64,000 nt of DNA from an uncultured Actinomycetota bacterium (GCA_963841985.1 CAWJFD010000026.1:2545-66544), one strand, 5' to 3'. Positions 22,546 through 36,491 are shown, counted from the stretch's first letter. Numbers and translations are program-made. The notes: generated by a model not told the origin, from the letters alone.

Positions 22546-23318
22546 CGAACCACGACCGCAACGAACGCGCCGACAACGGTGCCGACGGTGAGCGGGTCGT
22601 GGTCCGGGACCGGCGCCGGGTCGACCCGGTGACCGGTGAGGTGCGCACCCCGGATCCGGCGGAGACGCCGCCGGCCGGGGGTGCACCGGCACCGGAGCAC
22701 GACCTGGACATGCCCGGCGCCCTCGCGGTCGCGGAGCTGACCGCCCAGGTGGCCGAGCGAACCGCGGATCTGCAGCGGGTCAGCGCGGAATACGCCAACT
22801 ACCGGCGGCGCATCGATCGGGACCGGGAGACGGTGCTGGTCACGGCCCGGGTGCAGTTCGTCGGCGAGCTGCTCACGGTGCTCGACGACCTGGACCGGGC
22901 CGAGGCCCACGGCGATCTCAACGGCCCGTTCAAGGCCGTCGCCGACAAGCTGATCGCCGTGGTGCAGAAGCTCGGTCTCGAGTCGTTCGGGTCGGTGGGT
23001 GAGCCGTTCGACCCGTCGGTGCACGAGGCGGTGCAGCACGAGTCGGCGGAGGTCCACGGGCCGAGCATCGCGATCGTCGCCGCGGTGCTGCGCCGCGGCT
23101 ACCGCATCGCGGACCGGGTGCTGCGACCGGCGATGGTCACCGTGGTCGACCGTCCGGACGACGGCGCGGCCGACCCGCTGGGTCCGTTGGAGTCCGATCC
23201 GATCGCGGCCCGATACCGGGCCACTGAGCAGGAGTTGAGGAGGCGGAATGACCCAGCGCGACTGGATCGAGAAGGACTTCTACCGCGAGCTGGGCGTCGA
23301 CTCCAAGGCCCAGGCTGA
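22542..23318 (+). CDS. grpE: Nucleotide exchange factor GrpE (true 3' end probably ~23230)
   Basis: [32 protein letters not shown]. Confidence 0.95.
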   Translation: MTNHDRNERADNGADGERVVVRDRRRVDPVTGEVRTPDPAETPPAGGAPAPEHDLDMPGALAVAELTAQVAERTADLQRVSAEYANYRRRIDRDRETVLVTARVQFVGELLTVLDDLDRAEAHGDLNGPFKAVADKLIAVVQKLGLESFGSVGEPFDPSVHEAVQHESAEVHGPSIAIVAAVLRRGYRIADRVLRPAMVTVVDRPDDGAADPLGPLESDPIAARYRATEQELRRRNDPARLDREGLLPRAGRRLQGPG

Positions 23319-24453
23319 CGAGATCAAGAAGGCGTACCGGAAGCTCGCCCGCGAGCTGCACCCGGACGCCAACCCGGGTGACGCCAGGGCCGAGGCGCGG
23401 TTCAAGTCCGTGTCCGAGGCCTACGGCGTGCTCTCGGACGAGAAGAAGCGCAAGGAGTACGACGAGACCCGCGCCCTGTTCGCGGGGGGCGGTTTCGGTG
23501 GCGGCGGTGGCGGTGGCTTCCCCGGCGGCTTCGGCGGCGCCGGCGGTGCGCAGAGCTTCGACCTGAACGATCTGCTCAACCGCAGCGGGGCCGGTGGCAT
23601 GGGCGGTGCCGGGGCGGGCGGGCTGGGTGACCTGTTCGGCAACATCTTCAACCAGCGCGCCGGCGGCGCCGGGCCGTCGGCAGCCAGCCGGGCCCAGCGC
23701 GGCCGGGACGTGGAGACCGAGGTCCGGCTGGACTTCGTCGACGCCGTGCGCGGGGCCGAAGTGCAGCTGCGGCTGGCCACCCCGGGTCGCTGCGAGCGTT
23801 GCGGCGGCACCGGCGCCAAGCCGGGCAGCACCCCCCGCACCTGCCCCACGTGCAATGGGGTCGGGCTGGTCAGCCGGAGCCAGGGCGCGTTCGCGTTCTC
23901 CGAGCCCTGCCGGGACTGCCGCGGCACCGGACGGATCATCGACGATCCGTGCTCCGAGTGCGGTGGCGACGGCGTGAGCACCCGCACCCGCACGATCAAC
24001 GCCCGGATCCCGGCCGGTGTGACCGACGGTCAGCAGGTACGGCTCAAGGAACAGGGTGAGCCCGGTCGCGGCGGTGCCCCGGCCGGCGATCTCTACGTCA
24101 AGGTGCACGTCACCCCGCACGCGCTGTTCGGGCGGTCGGAGCGCAACTCCGACGACCTCACGCTGACCGTGCCGGTGAGCTACCCGGAGCTGGTCCTCGG
24201 CAGCACCGTGAAGGTGCCGACGCTCGATTCCACCGTGTCGCTCAAGATCCCCGCGGGCACCACGAGCGGGCGTACCTTCCGGGTGGCCGGGCGGGGCGTC
24301 GCACGCAGGGGGAAGACGGGCGATCTGCTCGTCACGGTCGAAGTGGCGGTGCCGGCGAAGCTCGACGACGCGGCGAGGTCAGCACTGCAGTCGTATGTAG
24401 AAGCCACGAGGTCGTTCGACCCGCGGGCCGATCTGCTGCGGAGGGCGCGATGA
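23248..24453 (+). CDS. dnaJ: Chaperone DnaJ
   Basis: HPD J-domain, G/F region, four CxxCxGxG. Confidence 0.98.
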   Translation: MTQRDWIEKDFYRELGVDSKAQADEIKKAYRKLARELHPDANPGDARAEARFKSVSEAYGVLSDEKKRKEYDETRALFAGGGFGGGGGGGFPGGFGGAGGAQSFDLNDLLNRSGAGGMGGAGAGGLGDLFGNIFNQRAGGAGPSAASRAQRGRDVETEVRLDFVDAVRGAEVQLRLATPGRCERCGGTGAKPGSTPRTCPTCNGVGLVSRSQGAFAFSEPCRDCRGTGRIIDDPCSECGGDGVSTRTRTINARIPAGVTDGQQVRLKEQGEPGRGGAPAGDLYVKVHVTPHALFGRSERNSDDLTLTVPVSYPELVLGSTVKVPTLDSTVSLKIPAGTTSGRTFRVAGRGVARRGKTGDLLVTVEVAVPAKLDDAARSALQSYVEATRSFDPRADLLRRAR

Positions 24454-24478
24454 GTGACGTGACCGGTACCCAGGCGCC

Positions 24479-24916
24479 GTGATGAGCAGCGGCGGACCGG
24501 CGTTGCCACCCGGCACCAACCTCGACAGCCCGGTGTTCGTCATCTCCGTGGCGGCCGAGCTGGCCGGTTTGCACGCCCAGACGCTGCGCAGCTACGACCG
24601 GCTGGGGCTGGTCCGCCCCGGCCGGTCGGCAGGCGGCGGGCGCCGGTATTCGGCACGGGACATCGCGCTGTTGCGTGAGGTGCAGCGGCTCTCGCAGGTC
24701 GACGGCGTCAACCTGGCCGGGATCAAACGCATCATCGAGCTCGAGCAGCTGGTGGATGAGCTGCGGGCCCGCCTGGACGACATGGCCAAGCAGCTGCTCG
24801 ATGCGCAGGTGGCGGCGGAACAGGCCGCGGCCACGGTGCACGCTTCGTACCGGCGGGATCTGGTGCCGATCAACCCTCACCAGTCGCTGGTGGTCTGGCG
24901 GCCGAAACGGACCTGA
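24479..24916 (+). CDS. hspR: Heat-shock repressor HspR (MerR family)
   Basis: VFVISVAAELAGLHAQTLRSYDRLGL, GVNLAGIKRII. Confidence 0.97.
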   Translation: MMSSGGPALPPGTNLDSPVFVISVAAELAGLHAQTLRSYDRLGLVRPGRSAGGGRRYSARDIALLREVQRLSQVDGVNLAGIKRIIELEQLVDELRARLDDMAKQLLDAQVAAEQAAATVHASYRRDLVPINPHQSLVVWRPKRT

Positions 24917-24926
24917 CGGGGTCGGT

Positions 24927-26099
24927 TCAGTCCATGGTGAACGGGTCGTAGCGGATGCGGTCCAGCGGGGTGCCCGCCACCAGCATCCGGGACACCGTGG
25001 CTCGGATCATCGTCGGCGATCCGCACACGAGCACGTCGTTGTCGATCCACGCCCCGTAGCGGGTGACGACGTCGGCCAGCGTGCCGCGCTCGGCGCCGGA
25101 TCCCGATTCGTCCTGCTCCACCACCGGGATGACGTCCAGCCAGGCGTTGCGGTAGGACAGGTTGCGCAGCGTGGCGAAATCGTAGAGGTCCTCCCACGTG
25201 CGGCCACCGACGAAGACCTGGGTGTGGGGTGGGTCGGGCCGCTGGGCGAGGTCCTCGAGCAACGCCTTGATCGGCGCCATCCCCGTGCCGCCCACCACCA
25301 TCAGCACATCGCGGCCCGAGGTCGGATCGATGTGCATCCGTCCCATCGGCGGCCCGATCCGCCAGGTGTCGCCCACCTTGGAGTGCGCCACGATCGCCCG
25401 GCTCACCCAGCCGTTGTTCACGGCGCGGACGTGGAAATCCAGGGTGCCGTCGGCCCGCGGTGCGTTGGCCGGGGAGAGATAACGCCACAACCGGGGCCGC
25501 TGCGGCGTCTCCACGCTGACGTACTGCCCGGCCCGGTACGGGATCGGGTCGGCGACCTGCATCGTGATCAACGCCAGGTCCCAGCCGATCCGCCGGTGCT
25601 CGCACACCCGCCCGAGCCACGACGCCGGCCCCCGCTCGGCATCGGCCGCGGTGCGCATGGCGTCTGCCACGGAGCTGTAGGCGTCGGTCCATGCCCTCTC
25701 GACGTCAGGGGTCCACGCCGGGCCGGAGAACGTACTGATGGCGCCGAGCAGGGCCGCACCCACCGCGTCGTAGTGCTCGGAGAACACCCCGAACTTGCGG
25801 TGGTCCCGGCCCAGCTGGTGGAGGAACGGCACCAGCTCGTCGGGCTGGTCGACCATCTGGACGACGTGTACCAGCGCGCGCAACAGCCGGCTGCGCTGGA
25901 CCTCCATGTTCACCGGGAACAGCCCGCGAGTCTCCGGAGCCTGGCTGAACAGGCTGGCGTAGAAGTATCGACCCATTTCGTCGATCCGGGGTTCGACCAC
26001 GGCAAAGCTGGTGCGGATGATCGCGACGATTTCCGACTCAGCGCTGTGTGTCTCGCCCACCGACGGCAGATCGAGGGCGAGCAGCTGTTCAGCGGTCAT
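24927..26099 (-). CDS. Flavohemoglobin-like globin plus FAD/NAD-binding oxidoreductase
   Basis: FYASLF...LGRDHRKFGV; GQYV, RYLS, GGTGMAP, VCGSP. Confidence 0.9.
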   Translation of the reverse strand: MTAEQLLALDLPSVGETHSAESEIVAIIRTSFAVVEPRIDEMGRYFYASLFSQAPETRGLFPVNMEVQRSRLLRALVHVVQMVDQPDELVPFLHQLGRDHRKFGVFSEHYDAVGAALLGAISTFSGPAWTPDVERAWTDAYSSVADAMRTAADAERGPASWLGRVCEHRRIGWDLALITMQVADPIPYRAGQYVSVETPQRPRLWRYLSPANAPRADGTLDFHVRAVNNGWVSRAIVAHSKVGDTWRIGPPMGRMHIDPTSGRDVLMVVGGTGMAPIKALLEDLAQRPDPPHTQVFVGGRTWEDLYDFATLRNLSYRNAWLDVIPVVEQDESGSGAERGTLADVVTRYGAWIDNDVLVCGSPTMIRATVSRMLVAGTPLDRIRYDPFTMD

Positions 26100-26339
26100 C
26101 GGGGCCGACGCCTTCTCTTAGACTGCATGGACGCCCAGTACGCGCAAACGGGGTAGTACGCGCACGAAGGCGTGCCTAGAGTAGCGCGTCCAACGCTGCG
26201 AGTGACGGTGACCCAGGTCGACTGGGTGTGATGGAAAGAGTGAATTTCCGCGCGCTCGCGCTGCGTGCCGTAGTGGCTCTGTCGAACGTGCGGGGCCTGC
26301 TTCCGTTGCCGACGTACGCGAAGCCCATGGTTCGATGGA

Positions 26340-26360
26340 CCTGAGCGGAACACACTCAAC
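26340..26360. promoter_or_regulatory. HAIR operator upstream of clpB
   Basis: CCTGAGC-N7-ACTCAAC. Confidence 0.8.
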
Positions 26361-26429
26361 TTTCCTGACGTTGTTGGTGTCGACGGGCACGATGGTGTCC
26401 AGCGAACCGTGTGCAGGAGGACCCGAGGG

Positions 26430-29090
<2,661 letters not shown>

Positions 29091-29224
29091 CCGGCCTCGC
29101 GCCGGCGGAACGGCTCAGCTCCTGCACCCGAACGGGTGTGGGAGCGTGCCATCTTCCTGCAAATCACACTCGGGTGCCCGTGGCGTTGCCGGTGCGGCGC
29201 GGCGCCCGGGTCTACCCTCCTGAC

Positions 29225-29884
29225 GTGGGCCTTTCCCCGACACTCTGGTTCGTACTCGCCGCGATCGCGCTGCTGGCCGGCGTGGCGCTGCTGCTCGTCG
29301 AGCGCATGCGTGGTGCCGACAGCGGCGTTCGCGATCGCAAACGATGGGCGGCGATGCGCGGCTGGGACTACACGGCCGTCGATCCGGTGCTGCCCAGCCG
29401 CTGGCGCTACGGGACGATCCACATGGGTGGGCCGGGCGTCGCCCGCCATTTGATCAGCGGGGACGTGCCCACGCCGGACGGTCCGCGGCAGGCCTACGCG
29501 TTCGACCACGAGCAGGGCGGCCGGGCGACCTCGATACTCGCGGCGGTGCAGGTCCAGGCGTTGCTCCCGGCGGCGGTGGAGCTGCGGTTGCCGTCGGCTC
29601 CGGTACCCGACGACGCCGGCCTGGAGCTGCTCGAGCCGGCGGGGGAGCGCTACGCGTTCGTCACCAGCGCCGAAGCGGTCCGCCCGCTGCTCACGCCCCG
29701 GCTGATCGAGGCCAGCGACGCCGTCGGTGCGGACGTGGAGCTGTTGTGGGCCGAGGACTCCTGGGTGCTGGCCACGATTCCGCTCGGCTCGAGCCCGGAC
29801 CGGCTGCAGGATCTCCTCGCCGACCTCGCCGAGGTGGCCACGGCCCTGGAGCGTGGCCTGCGCTCCCCGCAACTCGAACGCTGA
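29225..29884 (+). CDS. Single-TM protein, positional homologue of mycobacterial Rv0383c/TtfA
   Basis: N-terminal TM, then RKRWAAMRGWDY; lies between clpB and pyrE. Confidence 0.65.
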   Translation: MGLSPTLWFVLAAIALLAGVALLLVERMRGADSGVRDRKRWAAMRGWDYTAVDPVLPSRWRYGTIHMGGPGVARHLISGDVPTPDGPRQAYAFDHEQGGRATSILAAVQVQALLPAAVELRLPSAPVPDDAGLELLEPAGERYAFVTSAEAVRPLLTPRLIEASDAVGADVELLWAEDSWVLATIPLGSSPDRLQDLLADLAEVATALERGLRSPQLER

Positions 29885-29930
29885 CCGCGTCCTTCCGGCG
29901 AACCGGACGGGCTCTCAGTAGGGTCGGCCG

Positions 29931-30704
29931 ATGCCGACTGCCTTGATCACCGGCGCCACCTCGGGAATCGGTGCGGCCTTCGCCGACCGGTTGGCGGCCG
30001 ACGGCCGCGACCTCGTGCTCGTCGCTCGGAACAAGGAACGCCTGATGGGCGCGGCCGATGCCCACCGCCGGAGCGGGGTCGCCGTGGAGATGCTCGCCGC
30101 GGATCTTGCCGTCACCGCCGACCGGGAACGGGTGGCCGCCCGGCTCGCCGACCCCGACCTGGCCCCGGTCGATCTGCTGGTGAACAACGCCGGGTTCACG
30201 ACGCCCGGCGAGTTCCTCGCGGCCGCCGCCGCGGACTGGGAACGGCAACTCGACGTCAACGTGCGCACGGTGCTGCGGCTGACCAGAGCGGTGCTCCCCG
30301 GCATGGTCGAACGGGCCGCCGGCGCGGTGATCAACGTCTCCAGCGTGGCCGGCTTCCTCGCCGGCCGCGGCGTGACCTACGGTGCCGACAAGGCATGGGT
30401 CACCTCGTTCACCGAGTCGATGGCTGCCTCGCTCGCCGGAACCGGGGTGCGGGCGCTCGCGCTCTGCCCGGGTTTCGTGCGCACCGAGTTCCACCAGCGG
30501 GCCGGGATCGACGTCGGCGCGCGGGCGGGTCTGCTGTGGCTCGATCCGAATCGGGTCGTCACGGAATGCCTGTCCGATCTGGCGAAGGGAAAGGTGGTGT
30601 CGGTGCCGAGCCGGCAGTACAAGGCGATCGTCGCCGCGGTGGACATGATGCCGCGCGCGCTGGTCCGGCGGATCACGGTTGCGGTCGAGCGGAGCAGGCG
30701 GTGA
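29931..30704 (+). CDS. Short-chain dehydrogenase/reductase
   Basis: [17 protein letters not shown]. Confidence 0.93.
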   Translation: MPTALITGATSGIGAAFADRLAADGRDLVLVARNKERLMGAADAHRRSGVAVEMLAADLAVTADRERVAARLADPDLAPVDLLVNNAGFTTPGEFLAAAAADWERQLDVNVRTVLRLTRAVLPGMVERAAGAVINVSSVAGFLAGRGVTYGADKAWVTSFTESMAASLAGTGVRALALCPGFVRTEFHQRAGIDVGARAGLLWLDPNRVVTECLSDLAKGKVVSVPSRQYKAIVAAVDMMPRALVRRITVAVERSRR

Positions 30705-31273
30705 CCGGCGCGGACGCGGAGCGCGAGCAGCTGGCCACGCTGGTCCGCGAGCTCGGGGTGGTGCACGGGCGGGTGGCCCTGTCATCGGGCGCGGAGGCCG
30801 ACTACTACGTGGATCTGCGCCGGGTGACGCTGGAACACCGCGCCGCTCCGCTGGTGGGGCGACTGCTGCGGGTGTTGACCGCCGACTGGGAATACTCGGC
30901 GGTCGGCGGTCTGACGCTCGGCGCGGATCCGGTGGCCGACGCGGTGCTGCACGCGGCTGTGGCCGAGCGGGCCGCCGATCCGGAGCAGCCGCCGGTCGAC
31001 GCGTTCGTGGTGCGCAAGGCCAACAAGCAGCACGGCATGCAGCGGTTGATCGAGGGGCCTGACATCGAAGGCCGACGGGTGCTGATCGTCGAGGACACCT
31101 CGACCACAGGGGCGTCGGCGCTCACCGCGGTGCGAGCGGCTCGGGAAGCGGGAGCGACTGTGGTCGGCGTGGTCACGGTCGTCGACCGCGACACCGGTGC
31201 GCGGGAGGCGATCGAGGCCGAGGACGTGCCCTACCGGGCCCTGCTCGGCCTCAGCGACCTCGGGCTCGGCTGA
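30701..31273 (+). CDS. pyrE: Orotate phosphoribosyltransferase
   Basis: [15 protein letters not shown]...[10 protein letters not shown]. Confidence 0.96.
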   Translation: MTGADAEREQLATLVRELGVVHGRVALSSGAEADYYVDLRRVTLEHRAAPLVGRLLRVLTADWEYSAVGGLTLGADPVADAVLHAAVAERAADPEQPPVDAFVVRKANKQHGMQRLIEGPDIEGRRVLIVEDTSTTGASALTAVRAAREAGATVVGVVTVVDRDTGAREAIEAEDVPYRALLGLSDLGLG

Positions 31274-31416
31274 GGCCGACCGACTTCTCGGCTGCGGCCG
31301 ACCGGCTCACCGACCCGGCCTGGCGGACGGCGATGCCGGGGCCACCGTGTGGTGGCCCCGGCATCGGGTTGTTCCTTGGTGCGATCGCAGCGTCTACCTA
31401 CGGCGCACCGTCCTGC

Positions 31417-32726
31417 TCAGCCGCCGTTGGCGGCTGTCTCCTGCTCCTGCGCTTCCCTGAACCGCTCCTGCAGGCTCTGACCGGCGGCGGGAGCCGGGGC
31501 GGCCGGATCCGCGGCCGGCGCGGCCGGGTCCGCAGGCGCGGCCGGCGCTGCGGTGTCCGGGGCCGGTGCGCCCGGGGCATTCGGGACGCCGTTCTGCTCG
31601 CCACCCGGCTGCGGGGCGCCGTCCTGGTCGGGCTTCTGCGGGACGGCCTCCGCCGTCTGCGCCGCGGCCTGCTGCTGCGCGTCCGCCTGCGCGTCCGCAC
31701 CGTTCACGTTGTCCTGAACGGCCGCGGCGTTGCCGCCCACCGTGATTCGGACCGAGTCGGTGGCCGGCGTCTGGTTGGCCTTCGACATCATCGGCGTGCG
31801 GTGCGAGCCGTCACCGGCCCACGAGGTGCACTGCATCGTCCCGGCGGTGGCCGTGGCGGTGCCCGGCACCTTGATGGTCACGGTGTCCGGAGCCCTCCCG
31901 CCGCCGTTGTCCTGGGTGGCCAGGAAGAATGCCGGAACACCCGACGAGTCGGGGGCCTCCGTCGTCGAGGGCAGCATCCGGCACGCGGTGTGGAAGTGAC
32001 CGCGCTGCAGACCGCTTCCCCTCTGCAGGAACGAGCTCTCCAGGTAGTACCCACCGGCGGCGGCACCGAGGAACCGGTCGCGGACCAGGTTGCGGGTCGA
32101 GACCTCCAGCATGAACTCCTTCCCGACGCCGACCTCCTTCGGCGCCGCGGTGATGAGCAGCGACGGCAGCCTGTCCTGAGCTGCGACGGCACCCATCTGG
32201 GTGCTGACACACTTGGCGGTCGTGTCCTGGAAGCCGGAGTGCGGCCGGAGTTGCCGCAGTCCCTGCGCCCTGCAGTCGCGGCCGAGCACCTGCAGCCCGT
32301 TGTTCCCGTTGAGCGGGCCGTTGCCGGCGTCACGATCGTGGTCGTGGCGGGGGCCGCGACCACGGGGGTCGTGGTCGTGGTCCCGTCGACGGGCGGCACC
32401 GCGCTCGTGGACTCGGTGATCGTGGCCGCGTCGGTGGTCGTCGTGGCCGCCGCGGTGGTGGTCGTGGTGGTCTGCGACGTGCGAGTACCACGGGTCCGGT
32501 TGTCGCGGTCGCGGAAGTCGCGCGTCGCGGTGTTGCCGACCGGCACGACGACCGGCGCCGTGGTGTCGATACCACCACCGGAGTTGTCACCGGACGGGGC
32601 GGTCGGCGCTCCGGCGGGGCTGGCCAGCGGGAAGTCGCAGGCGGTGGGGAAGACGCAGACGGCCAAGGCGGCCGCGGAGATGGCCAGCTTGTGCACTGCC
32701 CTCCGGCGTCGTTCTGGACTGGACAT
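31417..32726 (-). CDS. Secreted/lipoprotein with Thr-rich linker and Cys-containing domain (frameshift near 32320)
   Basis: Signal ...VFPTAC; LGRDC, HSGFQ, CVSTQMG, GHFHTACR, CTSWAGDGSHR. Confidence 0.7.
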
Positions 32727-32811
32727 CGTGCTCCGTTCGGAGTGGGGGAGCGGAACCGGACGACCTGCTGGCCGTCCGGCGCAACCGCACGGATTTTTCA
32801 AACTGCGCTGG

Positions 32812-34011
32812 TCAGCGCCGGATGGAGTGGCGAGATCGTGTGCGGGAAGAGAACCGGCGGAAGCCGGAGTCGGTGTCGGGATCGGTGACGGCGCGGTAGC
32901 CGCCGGAGTCGGATACGGCGCGGTAGCCACCGGAGTCGGACACCGGCTTGAAGACGTCGGACTCGGTGATGGCCCGGAACGTCTCGGTCTCGCCGGAGAC
33001 CGCGCGGTAGGTGCCGCTCTCGGAGCTGCGGTACTCACGCGGGACCGAGGTGGAGCGGTAGCCCCCGGTGTCACTCGGACTCCGGAACGAGCCGGTGTCG
33101 GCCGGCGCGGGGTAGGAGCCGGTGTCGGCGGGGTCGGGGAAGGAGCCGGCGGAGCTGCCCGCTTCCAGCATCGGGTGGTATTCGGCCTCGTCGCCCGTCG
33201 GCCCGCGGGCCCCCGGTAACGCGGCCACCGCGGCAAGGGCCGGTAATGGAGCCGCCGTGGCCTGGACCGGTGGTGGGACCGTCAGCCGCGCCGGTCTGGA
33301 GCTGCCGCGAGCCCGCAGCGCCGAGAACAGCGCGATCGCGCCGAGGATCGTCAACACGAACACGACGATCGGCAGGATCAGGTCCTTCGGATCCGTCGAG
33401 CCCGACAGCAGACCGGGTGAGGGCGGTGTCGGCAGGGCGGCGTAGTTCACCAGGCCGGTGCCCTCCAGGTACTTGCAGTGCCGGCTCACGAACGAGTCGG
33501 CGAGCTCGGCGAACGCCCGGACCTTGTCGTTGCGGGTGCCGATGCGGACCTCAGCGATGATCGGCAGGACGATGCCGTGGGCCTCGCGCACCCGCTGGAT
33601 GAAGACCCGGTCGTACTCCGCGCCGCTGCGCGAGGAGATGTCCGACATCCACTGCATCTGCAGCGCGGACGGCGCGGAGGGCAGCGCGATCCCGAGCTCG
33701 TTGGCCACGGCACGCGTCTGCACGTCGAGGTCGGCGTGCTCGACGCCGAGCTTGCCACCGACATCCCGGACGGCCGGGCTGGTCGCCAGCTGCTGAGCCT
33801 GCTGGCCGGTCGGGCCCTCCCAGAGGTTGGCCTGACGCACCTTGATGAGCAGATCGCGATCACTCGGACCGAGCGGACCCCACTGCGTCTGGGTCCAGCC
33901 ACCGGTGCCAGGGGCACCCGACGACCAGGATTGATACACCGATACGGACACTGCCAGCACCACCGCAACAAGCACGGCGCGCCGGAGGAACCGGGGGATA
34001 CGGCGCAGCAT
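32812..34011 (-). CDS. DUF4142 (ferritin-like) membrane protein with repetitive C-terminal tail
   Basis: GPLGPSDRDLLIKVRQANLWE, YDRVFIQRVREAHG; C-terminal TM. Confidence 0.8.
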   Translation of the reverse strand: MLRRIPRFLRRAVLVAVVLAVSVSVYQSWSSGAPGTGGWTQTQWGPLGPSDRDLLIKVRQANLWEGPTGQQAQQLATSPAVRDVGGKLGVEHADLDVQTRAVANELGIALPSAPSALQMQWMSDISSRSGAEYDRVFIQRVREAHGIVLPIIAEVRIGTRNDKVRAFAELADSFVSRHCKYLEGTGLVNYAALPTPPSPGLLSGSTDPKDLILPIVVFVLTILGAIALFSALRARGSSRPARLTVPPPVQATAAPLPALAAVAALPGARGPTGDEAEYHPMLEAGSSAGSFPDPADTGSYPAPADTGSFRSPSDTGGYRSTSVPREYRSSESGTYRAVSGETETFRAITESDVFKPVSDSGGYRAVSDSGGYRAVTDPDTDSGFRRFSSRTRSRHSIRR

Positions 34012-34024
34012 GAAGGCCTTCCTC

Positions 34025-35374
34025 TTACACGAAGTCGAACTGTTCGGTGTGCACGCGATCGGCGACGACGCCGAGGCCATCGAGGACCTCCATGGCGTCG
34101 TCCACCATCGACGGCGGACCGCAGATGAAGTAGTCGAGGTCGCCCGGCTGATCGACGGTGTGCAGCACCATCGACAGCAGCCCGACGGTGATACCGCCGG
34201 TCGGTCCCTGCCAGCCGTCGGTCGGTCGGCGCAGCACCTCGGTGACCTCGAGGTCGATGTAGTGACGCAGTTCCGCCAGTTCCTCGCGGAACAGCAGGTC
34301 GGTGGGAGCGCTGGCCACCACGATGAGCCGGTACGCCCGGTTGTCCCCGCGGTGTGCGGCGGTCCGGATCATGCTCATCATCGGTGTCAGCCCGACCCCT
34401 CCGGCCAACAGCACGAAGCCGGAGCCCATGCTGTGGTCACAGGTGAACGCGCCGTGCGGCCCGTCAACCCATACCGGGCTGCCGGGGGGGAGCTGCCGCA
34501 CCGCACGCGTGAAGTCACCTGCGTGCCGGATCGTGAACTCGGTCGTCTCGTTGTGTGCGCTCGAGGCGATCGTGAACGGGTGTTCCTCGGCGGTCACCGA
34601 CCGGTCGAGGCGGATCCAGGCGAACTGACCGGGCGCGAACGCCCAGGATTCGGCCTGGCCATTGCTCTGCCGCCGCGGCTCCAGCACCAGGGTGCTGACC
34701 GTGGCGTTCTCCCGCCGCACCTCGCGCACGAGGAACTCGGTCGACGGGTCGAACCACGAGCGCCACGCCCAGCGGTAGCCGAAGATGGCCAGCACCACGG
34801 CGATGAACAGCACGAACACCGCCGCGATGGCCGGCTCCCGCACCGTCTGGTTCAGCAGGTAGACGTGGGACGCCGAGAAGTAGAGCACCGACACCGATAG
34901 GGCGAGGTGCGTCCACCGCCAGAGCTCGTAGCTCAGATTGAGCTTTCGCTTCATGACAGCCAGCAGAACCAGCCCGACGAGGGAGACGGTGGCCACCGTG
35001 GCGGCCTGGGCCCGTCCGGGAGCGGTCGGGAAGTTCAGGAGGCCGACGTTCGACGGGTTGGCGGCCACCACGCACGCGAGGTGGGCCATCACCAGCACCG
35101 CGGACGCCACGCCGAGGAAGCGATGGATCTCGATGACGCTCTCGATGCCGAACGCCCGATTGAGGGAGCGCAGCCGCGAGGGGAGGATGACGGTGCAGAC
35201 CAGGGTGGAAAGTAACAACATCCCGGTCAACACCGAGAGATTGCTCCACAGGGTCACACCGGCGAGCCCGAACCCGGGCACCTCCCGCGGTGACATGAGC
35301 CAGAGGATCGACGGCGCGACGACTATCGCCCCGAAGCCCCCGAGCCACGCCACGCGCAGCACCCGCTGATCCAT
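34025..35374 (-). CDS. Ferric-reductase-like transmembrane oxidoreductase with FAD/NAD-binding domain
   Basis: TM His residues (IHRFLG, AHL, WTH, SHV), EHPFT, GGVGLTP, ICGPP, EQF. Confidence 0.9.
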   Translation of the reverse strand: MDQRVLRVAWLGGFGAIVVAPSILWLMSPREVPGFGLAGVTLWSNLSVLTGMLLLSTLVCTVILPSRLRSLNRAFGIESVIEIHRFLGVASAVLVMAHLACVVAANPSNVGLLNFPTAPGRAQAATVATVSLVGLVLLAVMKRKLNLSYELWRWTHLALSVSVLYFSASHVYLLNQTVREPAIAAVFVLFIAVVLAIFGYRWAWRSWFDPSTEFLVREVRRENATVSTLVLEPRRQSNGQAESWAFAPGQFAWIRLDRSVTAEEHPFTIASSAHNETTEFTIRHAGDFTRAVRQLPPGSPVWVDGPHGAFTCDHSMGSGFVLLAGGVGLTPMMSMIRTAAHRGDNRAYRLIVVASAPTDLLFREELAELRHYIDLEVTEVLRRPTDGWQGPTGGITVGLLSMVLHTVDQPGDLDYFICGPPSMVDDAMEVLDGLGVVADRVHTEQFDFV

Positions 35375-35810
35375 GGGCGGGACGTTATGAGGTGGTGACC
35401 CTAGCGAGTTGCCAAACTGAGAGGTTCGTAAGCCGGGAGTGATGGTCGACGCGACGAGTGGCTCAACTTTAGACCGAACGGCCGTCTTCTTAGACCGGAT
35501 GCTCCTTAGGGGCTTTCAGGGAGTGATCGGAGCAGGCCTGGGATCCGCACGTCGTGCCACTCACCGACTCACCCGGACCGGTCCAGGTCGGGCGGCGCGA
35601 CGAGCGGCGCGGCGGGCGTTCGTCACCCGCTCGTGGCGATCGACACTGCTCGCACCCGAATCGGCGCATCCATCGATCGGTCGAGTGCCGCATACTCGGT
35701 TGTCACGGCCAGATCACAGTCCCGGGAGCACGCTGCTACCGGCAGGACCGACAGGGCGAGAGATCGACAGGGTGCGAGATCGAGAAGGCAAGGGCACACC
35801 GGACGGTCGC

Positions 35811-36491
35811 GTGGCCGGCCGGGTGCATCGCGGACCGCGACGGCGAGCGAGGTGGGCGGGGGCGCTGCTCGCGCTGGCGGCCCTGGCCGGCTGCGGAGCT
35901 CCCGAGTACACCTATGTCACGAACTCGGCCGACCACACCTACCTGCGCATCCCCTATTCCTGGCGTCCGATCGACGAACGTGCGCTCGGCGAGGCCATCG
36001 GGCTCGATCCGACCGACGAGAAGCAGCAGGCCGGATTCTGGTTGGAAGGCTATGACGCCGACGCGACGCCGTCGGCCGATCATCTGCTGGGACAGCACTC
36101 GGCCGCGCCTGCCGTCTTCATCGGTGTGCGGGACGTACCCGAGTCGGCCCGTGGCCAGATCTCCCTCGACCTGCTGCGCGACCTGTTCCGGCCGGTTTCG
36201 GCCACCGCGCGGGGTGAGGCCGCGATGAACCCGGCCTCGCCGTTCACCGGATTTTCACTGATGAACGACGAGGTACTGACTCCCGGTAAAGGGCTGCGTG
36301 GGGTACATGTGGTGTACCGCTACCGCATCAGCGGTGGGCCTTCGCAGGTCTTCGACCAGATCGCCTACGTCAACGATGACGCCAGCAAGATCTACATGTT
36401 CTACGTGCGGTGCTCGACCGACTGCTACGAGCAGCGCAAGCAGGAGATCGCGAACGTGGTCTCATCGTTCACCGTTCGGGAGACCGCATGA
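35811..36491 (+). CDS. Lipoprotein
   Basis: Lipobox LAGC; ATGA overlap with the AAA protease gene. Confidence 0.75.
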   Translation: MAGRVHRGPRRRARWAGALLALAALAGCGAPEYTYVTNSADHTYLRIPYSWRPIDERALGEAIGLDPTDEKQQAGFWLEGYDADATPSADHLLGQHSAAPAVFIGVRDVPESARGQISLDLLRDLFRPVSATARGEAAMNPASPFTGFSLMNDEVLTPGKGLRGVHVVYRYRISGGPSQVFDQIAYVNDDASKIYMFYVRCSTDCYEQRKQEIANVVSSFTVRETA

